Positions 1 to 15,996 are shown, numbered from the stretch's first letter. The stretch is DNA of 64,000 nt from Zygnema circumcarinatum SAG 698-1b (GCA_037447605.1 CM074813.1:2542001-2606000); one strand, 5' to 3'. Numbers and translations are program-made. The notes: generated by a model not told the origin, from the letters alone.

Positions 1-103
1 GCCATTTCCATGTCTATATGCTCACTTGCCAGAATTCGCAAGAAGGAAACCCGCTCTATTGATCTGAAACTGCAGCATAGAGATGTTCCAAGTGGCGTTC
101 TAG

Positions 104-3100
104 GAGCAAGATTGGAGGCGTGCTTTGGCAGTACATGATTGGATGGTGGAGAGAGGGGGGCTCACTCCCTCTCCCTTCACATACAATCTGGTCATCCGCG
201 CTGCCTGCCGGGCAGGAGAGTGGAGGATGGCAGAGGGGCTCGTCCGAGAGATGGAGGAGGCCTCCTGCAAGCCGGATAAGTACACCTTCAGGTGAGGAGT
301 GGGAGAGGGGAGTGAGAGCTGTGGGGGCTTAGCTTGGGGGCAGAGGGAGAGAGGGAGAAAGGTCACACTGTTACTTATCAGCTACATGAATAACGTTGTA
401 GCGTCTCTTTCGCATTAGGAAATGCTTGCACGATTCTCGCCTCTACCGTTCGTTTGTCTCTGTGCTTCTCACCCTCTCCCCTCTCTTCCCGCCCTCCTTC
501 GCTCTCGCACACAGCATTATCATCAGCTTCCTGGGAAAGGCGGGAAGGCGAAAGGAAGCCATGGAATGGCTGCAGAGGATGAAGGCAGCAGGATGTGTGG
601 CAGACCTCGTGACTTTCACCACCGTCATAGATATGCTCGCCGGCTATGGAGACCATCTCCAAGCAGTCGCCACCTTCAGGCACAGTTCGAAACTGTCCTT
701 TCTTTCTCCCCTATCAGTTCAGTTTCAGCTTCTTCCATGCCCTGAACCGTGAGAAAATCTTCTCATCAAAACGAAGTACGTGCAGGGCGATGCGAGATGC
801 ATGTGTGCAGCCCGATGGGGTGCTTTATAACGCCATGTTGGGACTGTACGGAAAGATGGGGGCATGCACGGAAGCACGGCAGCTGATGCGGGAGATGAGA
901 GGGAGAGGATTTGCCCCAAATGCTGCCACCTATGGAAACCTTATCAAGGCCTTTTCTCAGGCTAAGAAGTACAATGAAGCCATTCAGGTCAGGATTGCGG
1001 TACTCTATTTACACTCGTCGGAACTCTCTCACTCTCACTCTCACTCTCTCGCCCTCCCTCCCTCCGCCCCCTACTTCTCCCGCACTTTTTCTCTCTCTAT
1101 CGTCAAAAGAGGTTGTCTGCCCACATATTGGCCTACCCGGTGCAGATTCTGGAATCATTTTCTCTCTACTCCTTTTAGGTGTTTAGCTTCTGAAGAGTGA
1201 GAAAGTGAGGGAGGGGAGAGGGTTCAGGTGTTTGAGGAAATGCTGAGTGATGGCGACCGGCCTGACTGCCCCATCTCCAACATGATGATAAATGTCTATG
1301 GCTGCGTTGGCCTTCCCAAAGCGGCAGAACAGATTTTCCGGAATCTCCGAAAGTGAGTGCGAATATTGCATTGTTTGGAAGTTCTTATTTCTCCTATCTC
1401 ACGGCAAGCCCACCTCCATGTCAACTATGTGCTCGGGAGAGCCCAGTTTTCAAATGCATAAAGTTTGAGGAGAGAAAGAATTGCATTTAGACGTTTCGGG
1501 TGTTTGTTATCATCGCATATCTTGTAAGAAATCACCAGTATAGCTTCGAGCAGGGTCCTATACACTGGGTTTTGTGGACCGCAAAAGGCTAGTCGGACCT
1601 GCTTTATGAGATCGTCTACTTTGTCGTATGAAAGGTTTCGTTATTGGGTCCGAGAATGCATCTCAAGTGCTATTTTTTTCTTCATTTTCAGATGGAATAT
1701 TATGCCGACTGTGGTGAGCTACAACTGCATGATTAAAGCCTATGGAGAAAATAAGATGCGACCTGAGGCCCTCGCTCTCTTCCAAAAAATGCCGGTATGG
1801 CGGCCCTCCTAGAGAGAGAGAGAGACACTGATAGAGACAAAGAGAACGAGAGAGGGACATGGAAGAAGAGAGAGAGAGAGAGAGAATTTGATTTTCTCCA
1901 GGTTTTTGGAGAGGTGCAGGCAGAAGGGCTTGCTCCTAACCTTGCGACGTACAACACAGTGATGAAGGTTCATGCTCTCGCCATGGAGGGGGGAAAGGCC
2001 ACGCGGCTCTTGCAAGAGATGGAGCAGGTGAGGGGTTTTGGGTTTAGAGCAGAATGATGGGGATGTGGGATCGCAATTCATGCGTCTTGCTGAAAGGGGG
2101 ATAAGTGTTTGAACTCAAACATGCATTAAGAGTGTGACCATATTTCAAGATTACCGTTATGCGTTCAAGCATCTGACACCAAATCTGCCCTCATCAAACA
2201 TTGGACTCTTATGTGCCATGCCATTCCGGGTGTTGTTTCTTTTTTGTAGAGTTGAAAGAACTCTTGTTCTTCACTGCTCGTGTTTTACTCACGCCCCGTA
2301 GCATTGGTGGGATGATTCTGGCAGAAAGGCTTGTCCCCCAATGCAATGACATATTCAACTGTTATTGCACTGTATGGCAAACTTGGATGGGTGAAAAAGG
2401 CCGACCTCTTATTCCAGACAATCCGAAAAGAAGGTCATGTCCAGGTAATCGTTTGACTCCAAGTCTATTCCTTTCTTTCGCTCTCAAAACCCTTTGTCAA
2501 CTTTCATCGAAGTCCTCAGCATGACGTCTGATCCGTATTGCATGTGTCAGATGGATGAGCGGCTGTGCTGCGCCATGTTGGATGTGTACCGCAATGCCGG
2601 CTTGATCGGCCTCTCCAAACGTTTGCAAATGCAGCTGAAAAGCTCAACTGAGATTCTCTCTCAGGAGCAAGCTGTCGTTGTTCTTTGCAAGGTATGCTCC
2701 CTTGCATGGGCGTGTTTCCGTTTTTCTCCAAAGCGTTATCCATGCCTGCCCACAGTTCTCAGTTAGCTCGGTATCGGTAGCACTGTGTTTAACAGTTCTA
2801 TGTGGGAGGCACAGACAGGGCAAGTGGAAGAAGCGACCAAACTTTTCTGGACAGCGCAGAAGGCTGGAGATGTTCGGTGTGCGGAATCGTACGGTGCAGT
2901 GGTGGAGGCTCTGGTGAAGGAGGAGAAGGCTGGGGAGGCTCTGCGTGTGTATGAGGCCATGGCTGCCGCGGGCTTCCTTCCCGACTCGCGGCTTCAATCT
3001 CGCGTTATGGCAGCACATCTTCTGCAGGCGCAGCCGGAGCAGGCGGTGCTGCTCTATGAGAAGCTTTTAGCAAAGGGTAAGGTTCTTTTTCACTCCCCCC

Positions 3101-3572
3101 TCTTTAGGGTTTGAGTTAAGAGTTACGTTGGGTTGAACTTTAGCATGTTGTCCTTTAGGGTGATCCACTGGTGATCAATGGGACAAAGGTCGTATTATTA
3201 TTTCTAAATTTACAGAACTATTTGTAAAGTTTCGATAAATTTAAAGGAGTGTACTTGAGTTAGTGAAACGAGTCACCCTCGTAGTCAATTTGGTAACTTA
3301 CGATTATCATGTAGGAAAATCACCTTGCTGAAGGGATTTTTTTGGACGTTTCAGGTTGCCCTATCCATGAAGCGGTGCATTTTAAAGCGATGAAGACATA
3401 TGCGCGATTGGATCGCTTGAAAGAAGCAGAAGACATTTTTGAGTCTATCAAAATAGGGGGCGAGCTGCCTACAAGAGATATGTACTTTTTAATGATGCGT
3501 CTGCGAGAGAAGGAGGGTCGCTTAGATGATGCAAAGGTTCTCTTCGAGGAGATGAAAGGGCGATGGGGATAG
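104..3572 (+). CDS. P-type pentatricopeptide repeat protein (5' partial, 10 exons in window), resembling Arabidopsis plastid PPR At5g39980
   Basis: Spliced exons read EQDWRRALAVHDWMVERGGLTPSPFTYNLVIRAACRAG..., IISFLGKAGRRKEAMEWLQRM..., VQPDGVLYNAMLGLYGKMG..., PTVVSYNCMIKAYGE..., ...HEAVHFKAMKTYARLDR...GRWG*. These are tandem 35-aa PPR motifs. The At5g39980 likeness is from recall. Intron 680-785 is GC-AG. Confidence 0.92.
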
Positions 3573-4206
3573 CGGTGAATCAGTTAGTTTTCGAGTATTT
3601 ATTTATTTATTTATCAATTCATTGCAGAATTAAAAAATCTCACCAATTGCTCGTCCTACATCGTTGTTTCGTGGTCAGGAAATAAGAAGGAGCATATGTT
3701 CGTTGATTTTATTCCAATTCTCAGCGTGCCGCTCGTGATTTCTAGCCTTCCCATGTTAGAGCTGAAATGTCCAATGGAAATGCTCTTTTGCATAGACCCA
3801 TACGCCCATGTGGGCAATGAAAAAGTGAATTGGCACTGATCTTACGATGGCAATGCTATCAAATGTAGACAAAATGTAAAACAAACATAAAGGCAACGAG
3901 GCCTCACATGAAACCCCATCCGTATGATAGGTACAACCCGCTTTCAAAAAGCATGGTTAACTGCAATAGCTGACCGACACACCCGTTAGTTCCATGTGGA
4001 GAATTCCTCCAGGAGAAAAATACCGAAAGCTGAACGGGCATCTGCTCCTGCCAAAAAAAGCCTCACGGGACTTCCTCCCTCCCATCATGTTAAAACCAAA
4101 GGTTGAAAATGCAGGCTGAGGAAAGCCAGCCGTTGGCTGCATAGGGTAATAGTACTTGGCAAGAAGTTGGCGCCATGCATTGTCACATGGAGGGCTTGCA
4201 TTGCCT

Positions 4207-7095
4207 TTATTTCCTGGGATACCGCCCCGGTTTGTTCGTCTGCAGCCTCATCGTGGAAACAAAAAAACACAGTAAGGTGACCGGACAGGACTGCAGGACT
4301 AATCCAAAAGTGTTGTTATTTGTGTCCAGCTCCTTCCACAGGAGACATGCTGAAGTTATCTGTCTAAAGATGAGAGCAATGGCATGGAAGTCAGGAACAT
4401 ACAATAATTGGTGGGTTCAGGAGAAAGGGAAGGGGAGGCAGAATGGGGAAAGGAGTAAGGGTAACGAGAATAACAGGCTCACGCAGGTTAATGAAAGATG
4501 ACTCCTTGTCATAGAAATGGGACCCGAAACAAGTATAGCAAAAAACATTGGTTTGTGGCCTGCACCAAAAGACAGACAGCCTCACCGCTCTGCCCGCACC
4601 TGCACCTGCACCTGCACCTGCACCTGCACATTCCATAATAATCTGCTTATTACCATACGTTACCATAAGCCGGGCTAGTCCGCACACAGTCGGACCGGAA
4701 GGACGATTCAAATCATCAAATAAGGAACAACTAACGAGGCAGTGAGCGATGCTTTCCTCTTGGCCCTCTCGCCATACATGACGAAAGTTTACTTTTTGGG
4801 AGAACAGAAAACACACAACTGAAGTGGGGGCTGCTCCAAATGCTGAGATGGGTGTTGCCGCACCAGATGTCTGTGTAGGTGCTCCAGAACCAGTAGTAGG
4901 GGATCCATCAAGTATGGAGGGAGTTGATGAGACTGTTTGTTGAACTTGGGATGAAGGAAGGGGTCCCCGTTGGAGAGCACGACTTGCTGCATCTTTCTTA
5001 GCGGCTTGTCGGTGCTCTTCTTCAAGAAAAGGGTCGTTCGTGTAACCCTGTCTTCGCCGCTGCGCTAAATACGCGGACTTTTTAGCCTCTACCTGCTGGT
5101 GTACACCTTCCACCTGGACGATAAAATGTGAAAAAGTTGCTTACTGTCAGGAGAAAGTTCCAAGAGTGGGTAAGTCAGCAGGTCTTGAGAGAGAACAGGT
5201 TTCAAAATGTGGATGTGATCCTCGGTCTTCTGCAAAACGAGCATTTGCGACGTGGCATAGCAGCAACTTCACTTATAGGAATGTCGCCGACCGTGCTAGA
5301 GTTTCCTTACTCTTCAATCTACTAAGACCATTGGTCTCTCCAATCATCACGGCTTCTAAAACGTCCAATATAGAGGATGCAGTCGTTTCTTTGCACTGGT
5401 GGTTTTCATACATGTATGCGAACAGACATGGAATCCTGGAAAGATGTGGTTCCAAGTACGACTTAAACAACAAGGCTAAGAAGTTATGTGGATATCACTG
5501 TACGTTTGTGAAGTGTGACACACGCAAAACGATGATTTCAGAACCGATATCATGTGAATTTGGGTTTATCTCTTGGGAAACACTTCGAGAGGCAAAACAT
5601 ATCATCCAAGAATTTCACAAGGACTGTCCTCGTAGCGTATGCTTTAATACTGATGATAGGGGCAAGTGGGCTCACCCGAGCAGCCACATGCACAAAAGCT
5701 TGATGCAGTTTCTGCATTGCAGATGGCAGCACTGCTTCCAAAGGTTGCTCCCCCCTTCCACCATTGTCGTTATATCCACTCCTGCTTTTTATCGAAGGCC
5801 GCAGCAGACTTTCTAGCTCAGCCAACTTCTGCTGACACTCAATGAGCCGTTCCCCCATACGCTCAACACTGTGCTGCAAAAAGGGGGAGGGTCGAATTTG
5901 GAGACCACCGTAGAAATTCGCTGCAGAGAGTGAGTAAAGAGCAGAAGCTCCTGCTGCAGGGGCTGGTATTATTGCGCCACTTGTCGCTGCAGTTGATGAA
6001 GGAGGACTTGACTGGGGGGGGAGGGGAGGAAGGCGATGATATCGGTGGCCGACCACGGAATACAGGTCCACTGCAGTCCTTGAATCATGGAGGATAGCAT
6101 GGCAGCTTTCTTGGAGTGGTTTGAGGGATGCCACTTCGCTTGTAAAGGATGTGTATAAGGCTTTAAGGTCCTGTGGATAACAGTCGCTATAGACCTTGTC
6201 AAGTGAAAGAAACAACCGACCTAATCGTCGCTTTGAGCAAACCAGCAATTTAAGTGGTAAGAGAAGGTCTTCTAGTTGAGACCGTCAGATGCGCTAGCGA
6301 GACTCTGGAGCAGTTTTAAAGCAATTTATTTCCATAGCAATTCAACTGAATGCAATTTGAAGGCTCCTTCCAAATGCATTTAGACTCCGGGTTTCCGAAA
6401 GTGAAAGAAACTGCATGAGACAAACAACAATTATTAGAGTGAAAGAAGGCAAGCAGGCATGTTTGCTGTATCAGAAAGACCTGAGAAATGCGATTGGCCT
6501 CATTTTCAAACTCCGTTTGAAGGGCTGCTGGTTCTCGGAGGCGCTGGTTATTGTTCAGTTGTAAACTCTCATTGCGATACTGAAGAATTTTCTCCCTGCA
6601 TTTCGACCATACTCCTTCAGCCCAATCGCATGAGTACCGGTGCACCGATATAAAACCGGTACAAGCAGGCCAGGAAAGAGGACTCCACGGGACAAAGGGA
6701 ATGACGAAAAAACGGAGAAATTTCAGCAGCAGAGCTGAACTATTAAGAACCCAAACAGCTCTTCGGTGCATGCTGGAAGGCCAGAAAGCCTCACAGGTAA
6801 CTTCTACGACAACAGAAAGTCCGAAACCCTAACCAAATGAAGCGTATGCATCTCGCTTCCTTTCCATAACGACTCCCTTTCTGCTTTCCAACATTAAGGG
6901 GGCGCCTGCTGCTCATCGATTCAAGACGACCCCCCGGAATGCCAGATGATAGGTGCCGTCACTCACTCTATTTGCTCCAAAACTCGCTGCGTCTCGGGAT
7001 GCAGGTCCTCCCATCGTGTGGAATATGCAGCCGGCTGCGGCGTCTGCGAGGTGTCTGTAGGTTTGGTGAACAGCAGCAGCCCTCCGAGCCCCTGC

Positions 7096-7148
<53 letters not shown>

Positions 7149-7162
7149 AAGTTGAAGCTGAA

Positions 7163-7202
<40 letters not shown>

Positions 7203-7271
7203 AGGAGCGGAAGAGGGAAAGCTGAATGTGCCTCCTGGAGTAGCGCCGAAGCCTCCCGCATAGAACGCCAT
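4207..7271 (-). CDS. NUP58: Nucleoporin Nup58/p45-like protein with polyQ tract; 3' end unresolved (about 4207, possibly extending to about 3950)
   Basis: N-terminal FG-like MAFYAGGFGATPGGTFSF, then polyQ, then TRWEDLHPETQRVLEQIE-EKILQYRNES, IRPSPFLQHSVERM...LAELE and YLAQRRRQG..DPFLEEE, matching the plant Nup58 core as I recall it. Core exons have GT-AG boundaries. Confidence 0.8.
7085..7202 (-). repeat. (CAG)n coding trinucleotide repeat (polyQ interrupted by LQLQL)
   Basis: Runs of ctg/gct on the + strand inside Nup58 exon 1. Confidence 0.95.
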
Positions 7272-7964
7272 GGTGCCAGCTCCGACACTCCTTCACCTGA
7301 TCCCTTGCTGGGCTTTCTATGGTTTTTTTAAAGGTTTTTTTAAGTTTTTTTAGGGTTTATTGAGGGATTTCCAGGGCTTGTCCTCCTCAGGGAAGATTAG
7401 GGTTTTGAATTTGGAGAGAGGGAGGTGACCGTTAGGGCTAAGAGTCAGGAGGAACTCGGAATCGAGCCCCAATTTGAATCCAACGGAGACGGTTGTACGA
7501 CCGGTTGCTAGACGTTGTACGGACGACCAATTATGGCGTCTGGTAGACCGGCAAGCAATCGGCGAGGGTGATGCGACGAACCGAAGCTGACGTCAGTTGG
7601 ATTGGTAGGAGCCATATTGAGAAATTGCGACACCTTTGGCTTTACAAACACTTTACTTTTTTCTTTTCCTGTTTGCTTCAGAATGTTCGATAATTCCAAG
7701 GGACAAACTACACTGCTTCATTCTTTCAGCACCATTTTATCATGTAAAGGACTGAAAAAAAAAATTCAGAGGAGCAAAGGAAAGAAAATCCTCCTTGTTT
7801 AGGAGAGGGTACAAAGATCCTGCTTCATTTTAAACAGACTCCAAATCGGATGTTGAATTGAGGCTACTTTGGGCCTCATGACCAGACTGCTGACTTGTAC
7901 AAGCTTCAATGTGACTAACAGCCCAGGGAGTAGGCCTCCAGTCCTGCGACTGAGAATGGATGCT

Positions 7965-10140
<2,176 letters not shown>

Positions 10141-10738
10141 GGCTCGCCACTGCCCGAGCTCTACCGAGTACATACGGGCGCCCCCCGCCTTGCGGCGTAC
10201 TGCTTCCGCCTTCCCGAACTTCAGTGTACGTCGAAGTGCTGCTTCTTCTCACGGGCAAAAGGAAAGCTTAATCTTCCAAATGCTCGTCAGTCATCACATG
10301 GCTCACGATGAGCTTGATTGACATAAATATTCATCCTTGCCTGCAGATCAGGTACTACTTGGTGCGGCTTGAACCGATTCTCTTGATCGATCGGCAGCGA
10401 TGGTGATGCATGCGCTTGGTCACCGGCGGGTATCCATCCCCTCTTCCCTTCCCTCTTCTTTTCGGGTGCTCGCACTCGGCTGCCCTTCCGACCCCTCATC
10501 TCATGTGAACAATCCCCCCAGCGAGGGGAATGCCTGAAGCTTCCGCTGAAAGAAATAATAAGATAAATAAAGAAAGAATAAAGAGTAAGTTGTTGCTTTA
10601 GCCGAGGATCTATCCGTCCAAGTCGATGAGCTAGCCCCCTCCCTCCCACCCACCCCTGCTCCCATAGTCCCCATATTGTTTTCGTTGTTGTTGTTGCTGT
10701 CCATGCACAACATTTCATGCCATCGCCATGCGTGAGGC

Positions 10739-10855
10739 CCATCCCATCCCATCCCATCCCATCCCATCCCATCCCATCCCATCCCATCCCATCCCATCCC
10801 ATCCCATCCCATCCCATCCCATCCCATCCCATCCCATCCCATCCCATCCCATCCC
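10739..10855. repeat. (ATCCC)n pentanucleotide microsatellite, about 23 units
   Basis: Visible perfect tandem array; source of the spurious GMGWD/HPIPS ORFs. Confidence 0.95.
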
Positions 10856-11688
10856 AACCCATATCCATGCACATGACATGACTGCATTCTGTACGGCTAG
10901 GTCGATTGAACTGGACAGTAATCTGTAAAACTACCCCGTGGAACTGCCTCACATAGAACCCTCCCCTACCCGCCCCCGCCGCCGGCCCCCTGGCCATCAT
11001 CACGGCTTCCCGCAACCGCGGAGCTCCGTACATCAGTAACCGCCACTCGCGCGTGTGAGTCCATCGTTCGTACGATCGTACATCCCTCGTCCGTATTCTC
11101 GTTCGTTCCGTACATTTTTTCGTGTCCGACAGGCGGTCCGGTCCTAACGAGTCCAAAGTCCGGCCCGTACGGACGGGCCCACTCGCCATTGCCAACGCAC
11201 GGCCAATGGCGCATTGCCACGTATGCAAACAGTAACACGTGGCGATCCGTTATTGGGTATTGTTCGACGATTGAGAAGGGCCCTGGAAGGTGGTGCAGGG
11301 CAGCCATGGTTTCCAAACCATGGGCTCATGAAATGTCCATGGCGGCGTCGTCCTGAACTCTTTTGCTGTGCAGCTGTTGTGGCATTGGCACGTGGCAGAC
11401 AGCCTGCTTGAGGGTGCTTCTTTTGCCGCTTGAGAGAGCGTCAATGTCTGCAGCCATGTGGAATGCAGCTGAATTCTTACCTCTGTGCGTGTTTTCCTCT
11501 CTTGGGAACCGTGAGAGCTGAGAGGGTTTGGGCTGCTCCATGGCACGGCATTATTGGCTCCCTCCACGTCGATCGAGATTGGGGTTTAGGGGTTGCAATC
11601 ATCTCCACTTCAGATCGGACCCTCGCTTTTCCTTGATAGATTCATAAAGCTCCATAGTGCAAGGTAGCGTAAGGAGGAGCCTTTTACA

Positions 11689-14573
11689 ATGCGCTGGTCA
11701 TCCGGCAGTACCCGAAAGCAGTTTCTTCCACGCACTGTCTTCTCCGACAAGGCCTTCTCTCGCATTGTTCCTCACCGCGCTCGGTTTTCGCTCTTGAGCA
11801 GCCTCTGCGCTTCCCTGGTTTTTCTCGCAGGAATTTCTTTTTTCCTCCGTCCAATCCTTTTTTCCACCAAGGCGTCACAGAGATACCCTCTTCCTACAAG
11901 CAAGCAAGATATCTCAAGCTTGCTTTTGACACGAGAAGGGAATCATGATCTGGAAGTGAGTCCGCGGAATGGTTTGAAGCATGGAAGCTTGCAGTGGGCC
12001 GGAGCATGGTCAAAGGGAAGGGAAAAAGCTTCTCTGGAAGAAGACGACAACACGGCTTGTAGTTCCAAGGGAAATCTGTTTAATGTGAAACAAAAGGGGT
12101 TTACACGACGCAAAGTGCTTGCAGTGGTGGGTTTGCAAACAGCTTTTGAAAACAAAATGCGGAGGGACGCACTCCGGGCAACATGGTTGGGCTCATCGCC
12201 AGCGGATCTTTCAAGGCGAGTGACTGTAGCCTTGAGAAACCCGTTTGTTCAGTTTGTTCTACTTGTCTCCCTTTGCTCACCTGTCTCCCGCTCTACCATC
12301 TGCTTTCTGTCTACCTTTCTTTACCTTCACTCCATTCGCCTGCCTATCCCTATCTTCTCCAATGCGTTATCCTTCGCACTTCACTTATACTCCTCTTTAT
12401 TCCTCCCTCTCGCGTTTTTCCTCTTGCTTCCGCTCTCTCGACTTCAACGTTTCTTTCTCCTTCTTAACCCCTCTCACTTTCTCTTTCCCCTTCCTTTTTT
12501 TCTGCACTCTTCCCCGCTTCCCTCCCTCCTCTCCGTACTCTTCCTCCGCTTTCCATCCCCCGTTATTCCTAACCACTTGCTTTTTCTACCCGGGGGATGG
12601 GGGAGTTTCTAGATCAAAAGCTTAGTCAATAGAGGACAGGCAGAGGTCGGTGCTATGGATGTTCTTTTACTGATTTTGGAGTGTTGTACCTTTTACAGTA
12701 TGCAGCATTCATGGAATTTAGATCATTTCATCAATTACTTTCCCGATGCTGCTTCCCATATTTGAGGTTATAAGAGTGCAAGACCTTGGTTGTCTACACA
12801 TTTGGCGTTCAGGCTGGAGGCTTCGACCGGCCTTGTAGTGCGTTTTATTCTCGGGCGTTCTAAGGACCAATCAAAGGAGATGGACGCGAGGTTGGAGATG
12901 AAGAAATTCAATGATATTTTGCGGTTAGACATCTATGAGGAGTATCTCAAGTTGAACCGGAAAACGTACGATACTTGAGTGCCATCTGACAATTCGGTAT
13001 CTTTGGTGCCAAACTGGGCTTGTACTTTTTCGCCGTGAATTAAAATTTTGAGGTGGTTTTGCCATATTGACCGAAATCTAACCAGGTGTAAGTGGCCTGT
13101 GGTCATGATAAACCAACTGTCAAGCGGCAGGCAAATGGAAATATTGAAGCTATTAGTTCTGAAAGTGGCTGACATCACATGCCAGATCCTTAGAAGTCAT
13201 GCCGAGCACTACTTGGCTGCCTCGTATGGATTAAAGAAGTGTTCACTACGTTCTTCACCTTTCGTGTTGATCATGGTTAGGAAATTATGCTTATCATTTC
13301 GCTATCCTCTATTCTGTAGTGAGTATTGGGGGATGTCTTTTTCTTGGCCTTGAAAATTCCGTATTTGAAACCTGATCCGCTACCTCGCTCTCTTCTGCTC
13401 ACAGGCTTGCATACTTCAAATCTATTTTTGAGCTTTTCGATGCGGATTACTATGTGAAGGCAGATGATGACATTTATCTTCGACCAGGTACGTGCTGTTC
13501 TGCATTTTTTTTCCCAATGCCCGTTGCTTCATCTTTCTTCCTTTTTCCCTCCCGCGGCTTAAGTTTTATGAATCTCTTCTGTCCATTACAGACCGGCTTG
13601 GCTATTTGTTGGCGAAGGATAGGGAGTCATCACGGGTATACATTGGCTGCATGAAGAAGGGGCCAGTGGTGCGGGACCCCCACTTCAAATGGTAACCACA
13701 CTGAGATTTGGAGGCCCTAATAATCAGCATTCTGGGTTCCTTGTTAGGGTACTAAGGTTGTTCGGAAAAGCGAACGCACAATCTTGTTTTTCTTAACAGA
13801 AACTGCGCCGTCTCAGGTTCGAGCCGGACGCACATGTGTTGGGAGCGGAGTATTTTCTTCACGCGTATGGACCAATCTACGTGCTGTCAAAAGATGTGGT
13901 CGAGAGCCTTCATGGAGCGAAGGAGGGAAGGTAAGCAATCTGCTCACTTCTTGGACTGTCCAGCTATCAACCAGATTGGAGCCGATGGGCTTGGAGATGT
14001 CTATTGTTTCATTCTATAATTCACATGAAGGGGGGGGGTTGTTGGGTGCTTTCTCAGCCTGCGGATGTTCATGAATGAGGATGTAACGGTGGGGTCATGG
14101 ATGCTCGCCTTCAATGTGACATATGAAGACAATCGCTTTCTCTGTGAGGCCACGTGTGGCCCCAAGTCAATCGCCGTGTGGGACATTCCTACGTGTTCAG
14201 GTACGCTCTTCTCCCAAAGAAGCAAGCTGCAAGCTGTGTTCAGAGAAGGCTTGAAGTGTGTGAACGAATATTGATGAACGCGTTGAGGGGGGACCTGTCG
14301 GCTTCTCTGCGCATATCAATGTTGTTGGGTTACATCTCTCCCCTCACAAAACACACTCACTCACTCACTCACTCACTCACTCACTCACTCTCTCTCTCTC
14401 TTTCTCTCACTTTTCGCCTACAAGAGCGTTTCGATCTGATATGTCATATCCTAAACGCATTGACAATATGTCATATCGTGAGTTCATTGGCAGGCCTCTG
14501 CGATGCTCCAAAGAAGCTTGTGGCTCTTCACAACACAAAAGAATGTTCAAAGAGTTCGACGTTGTCTGACTGA
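11689..14573 (+). CDS. GT31 beta-1,3-galactosyltransferase (B3GALT12/13/14-like), 7 exons
   Basis: N-terminal TM segment, then [52 protein letters not shown] (DDD motif), [39 protein letters not shown] and [18 protein letters not shown]. Intron 1 (12216-12812) is GC-AG. Confidence 0.93.
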
Positions 14574-15120
14574 CAAGTGTTTAAAGTCCTCTTTTCGAGG
14601 AGGGAATCGACTTTCATTTTCCAACAATGTACTATTATGCACATTGATCCTTGCCTCTGTTCCTTTACTGTGCCTGAACAAATGTTCAAGCGTTTATTAG
14701 GAACGTTGTGGCTCCCATAATTGCGGTTCTATGCGGGCAACGTATGGTACCGTATGTACCATGGACACTAATTTTGAACGGATGATGGGTGTGCTTCTAC
14801 TGCTTACATTTTGTCGCTTAAAGGTGCAATTAACTTACCATTTAGTTTTCATTTCTCACTTATTGTAAAACGTTAGTGGATAAGATAAGCAAGTGCCATT
14901 TCGTTCCTTCCTTTCCGTTTCAGTTCCGTTCTAGAAAAAAGTTATGTGACATGGACATGTGTTGGAATAGCGGCACATCCTCATGTTCCCATCTGGTTTT
15001 CTTGCATGCATGCATCCATGCATGGTGCCATGGTTCAACATGACATGCCCCCTTCACAACCCATGGGACACATCAATAACCTGTTTTCTCATGTATGGTT
15101 TCTCGGGCAGAGCAAACTTT

Positions 15121-15545
15121 CATTGAACTCGCGATGGCGAGGCCATCAAATGTACATGGATAAAGGCAAAATGTGGAACCACGAAGGACTGGTCACAAAG
15201 GACCGAAACACAATAAAACAAAGCTAGGAGCGGAAAACTACGCCTAGGCACAACAACGCAGCCCTAGAAGCAGCCGCGAAGGTCACCGATGTGAGGCACG
15301 TCGCGAGGAGGGAGCGGCGGAAGTCCACCAACACGGTCACCAACAACTGCAGCACGCCGAAGAAGCGTAGAAGCGAGGCAACGCTGAAGGGCGACGGAAA
15401 TACGTTGTCGATAAAAGGTAGCCAAGATCGCCGGAGGAGGGCTTCCGGGGCCGTGCATCTCGAAAGAGCGATGGGCGCACTGGCGAAGGAAGGTATCCAA
15501 ACGGGTGTCGAGGCAGCCAAAAATCTCAGGGGGTTCATATGACAT
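15121..15545 (-). mobile_element. 5'-truncated non-LTR retrotransposon remnant (RLE-type, CRE/R2-like C-terminus plus 3' UTR)
   Basis: 15264-15545 encodes EIFGCLDTRLDTFLRQCAH...LATFYRQRISVALQRCLASTLLRR, the E-x-F-G...RQRISVALQR pattern typical of the C-terminus of RLE-type LINE ORFs. The downstream 127 nt has a second copy at 23859-23988. Confidence 0.7.
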
Positions 15546-15996
15546 GGTTATATGTTACAGTTCACGTTGGACGCCGTTACAAATTTGTGTCTAACTAATT
15601 TCTCGCATGGAATACAGTTCTTGCGCCAATCAGAAGTCACTAGAATGCTCCCATCCACCATTCACCACTCGTATTCGCAAGTGTCAAACCCGAATTTCAT
15701 TGGTTCAAAAGATCACTAATCGCTACCCGCCACGTGTCACCAAGCTCCCTCACTTCACAAGCCGCCACGTCACTGTCGGTTCTCCAGTCATTTCAAACAA
15801 TCCGGGCAGCTATAAAAAACCGGGCAGGAACCGAATATCACGTATCCGTCGATCCCATTGATTGCTGAATTTCTTACCTCAATCTATACTTGACCGAAAA
15901 ATATGTAAATAATTTCAATCTGTGACAAATGCCTCCCCCCCCCTCCCTGTAGCCTCGTTCCCTGCCTCCCTCCCTCCCCCTCCCCCCGCCGCAGCC

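Noticed and set aside
10287-11228. 313-aa ORF with GMGWD repeats
   Set aside because: Created by the (ATCCC)n microsatellite; no homology or splice support.
11326-11541. Minus-strand ORF MEQPKPSQ... with a GTAAG donor
   Set aside because: No recognisable domain or downstream exon; lies in the GT31 upstream region.
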